Shown here: positions 62,610 to 64,000 of the stretch, piece by piece
Numbering within the stretch: position 1 is the first letter of the stretch
Layout of the letters: each line of letters starts with the position of its first letter
DNA from: Octopus sinensis
Taxonomy: Eukaryota
Reading direction: 5' to 3'
Assembly: GCF_006345805.1 (NCBI RefSeq)
Contig: NC_043002.1
Coordinates: forward strand, 101,866,001 to 101,930,000
Length of the DNA stretch: 64,000 nucleotides
Program-made: the position numbers and the translations under genes
The notes under the pieces: model-generated
What the model was told of the DNA's origin: nothing
What the model saw: only the letters and a program-made list of their open reading frames with translations
Databases searched by the model: none

Positions 62610-64000
62610 TTATGATTATGCTCAAGATGGTTTCGTCAATCACACATGCCATGCTTCCTACATTCACCCATCGTTTTTTTTTTTTTTGAAACATTCACTT
62701 CCCTCTCTACTCTTACATTCCTCTTCAGTGATACTTTAAGAAGTTATTGAGAGATTGACCAGAGAGAAGTGTTTGTCTCTAGACCTCTCAGACGCGTCTA
62801 CCATACACATCCTTTCGCTATAGCCACAAGTACGACGAAAATGGCTCTTCCTTCACGTTTCAAGGAGGGAGGCGCGACAATATTCACGATAGACTCGGTT
62901 GACAAACTGACTCGTCCCACACGCGATAGCAGTCGTTCGACATAGGTCGGAAATGGTGGGACACTGTACGCGTGCGTGCAGGACGCTTTCGTCAGTCTGA
63001 AAGCTTCACGGACAGGTCGGCCCCGTGTTTCTGGATCCATGCCTGTAGAGCTTATCCCGAACGAGTAGCGCTTCTCGATAGCACTGCCAGGCCAGGGATC
63101 TCTGGAAGTTGTCGATAGATCTCGGCCCTAAAGTCGTCTTGAAAAGGCATGTCAGGTATTCCTCGTCGACGCCCAGGTTCGCCCCGAGATCGTCGTCGTA
63201 CCTCCCCTCCAATAATCCCCTATAGAATACTTTAGTTGTGTTGAAGTCGCTCAAGGTCGACCCAGGACGGCATAGTTCCTTCAGAGCAATGCAACACTCT
63301 CGGTGCCATTCGCCCCTCCTCGGCCTCTTTTTGATCCACGACTGCAGTTCGTTCATGGAGACGAGCTGCGAGAAAGCGTGCCTCACAAACGGTAACCACA
63401 CCTGTTCACCGTCGTCTACGTTGCGCCGGAGATGTCGCAGTCTCAGCGCGTCTGCGCATCATCAACCCCGGCATGACCAGCTCTCCTTTTAATAGGTGTT
63501 GGCTGCAGATGGATCGCTTGACCATCGGAACGCATCCTTTCCACAAGAAGCGGGAGAGAATGCGTTCTAGTTTGGTGATGGTTTGGTTCGGACAAGGTAC
63601 GACGATTAGGCGGTAGTAGATGACGGACGCGATGTACGTGTTCGCTACCTCCGCCCACCTTTTAGGAACAGTTCCCTCTAAGCCTGTTGCCGGGCGAGAG
63701 TGACCATCCTACTCGTTATCTCGTTCCTGTTCGTCTCCGTTTGGATGTCGATCGAACCGTCGCTCCAGCGTTCTACGATGGAGGTGCTGGTGGATGGCAT
63801 AGGCTTTCTTCTCCAAGTCCCGAGCCGCAAGTCCACCGACTTTTCACGGTTGATTTTCGCTCCTGTTACCGCTTCTTTGTCTTTCAGTGTCTCGCCGACC
63901 AGCTCGATATGCATCTGCCTAGACTCTATGATGGTGACGTTGTCCGCGTTTGCAGACACGCTCGTCCAGCATCCCAATTCGTGCGGGGTAGCCCTCAGCG
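62610..64000 (-). mobile_element. L1/Tx1-clade non-LTR retrotransposon ORF2 3' portion (RT to C-terminal Cys/His region), decayed; continues beyond the window
   Basis: SANADNVTII (YADD box decayed)...EAVTGAKINREKS.DLRLGTW; AWQCYREALLVRDKL...GPTCP; GC-rich; frameshifts and stops. Confidence 0.88.

Overview
Eukaryotic, AT-rich, repeat-dominated DNA, probably intergenic or intronic. The very high (TA)n/(CA)n/(TATC)n load and the tRNA-derived SINE families suggest an octopus or other coleoid cephalopod genome (inference; no database search was run). I cannot support any host protein-coding gene, and nearly all long ORFs in the track are microsatellite artefacts. What is supported: at least four tRNA-headed SINE families in about 30 copies or fragments, and decayed retroelement ORFs (CR1/L2-like, RTE, L1/Tx1, Penelope-like). 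There are also two mariner remnants, a Helitron/Helentron-like non-autonomous element, a ~2.9 kb TA-derived satellite, and two near-identical duplications that are probably assembly artefacts. The most interesting signals form a retroelement/RNA-structure ecosystem. (i) Two minimal type-I hammerhead ribozymes with intact catalytic cores lie co-oriented 1.1 kb apart, and a dispersed family of hammerhead-like cassettes has a variant core. (ii) One SINE's 3' tail matches the 3' end of a LINE present in the same window. (iii) Another SINE retroposes as a one-head/multi-body multimer, with a 15-bp TSD around the dimer. (iv) Several elements appear to target microsatellites. (v) There are two long fold-back hairpins.
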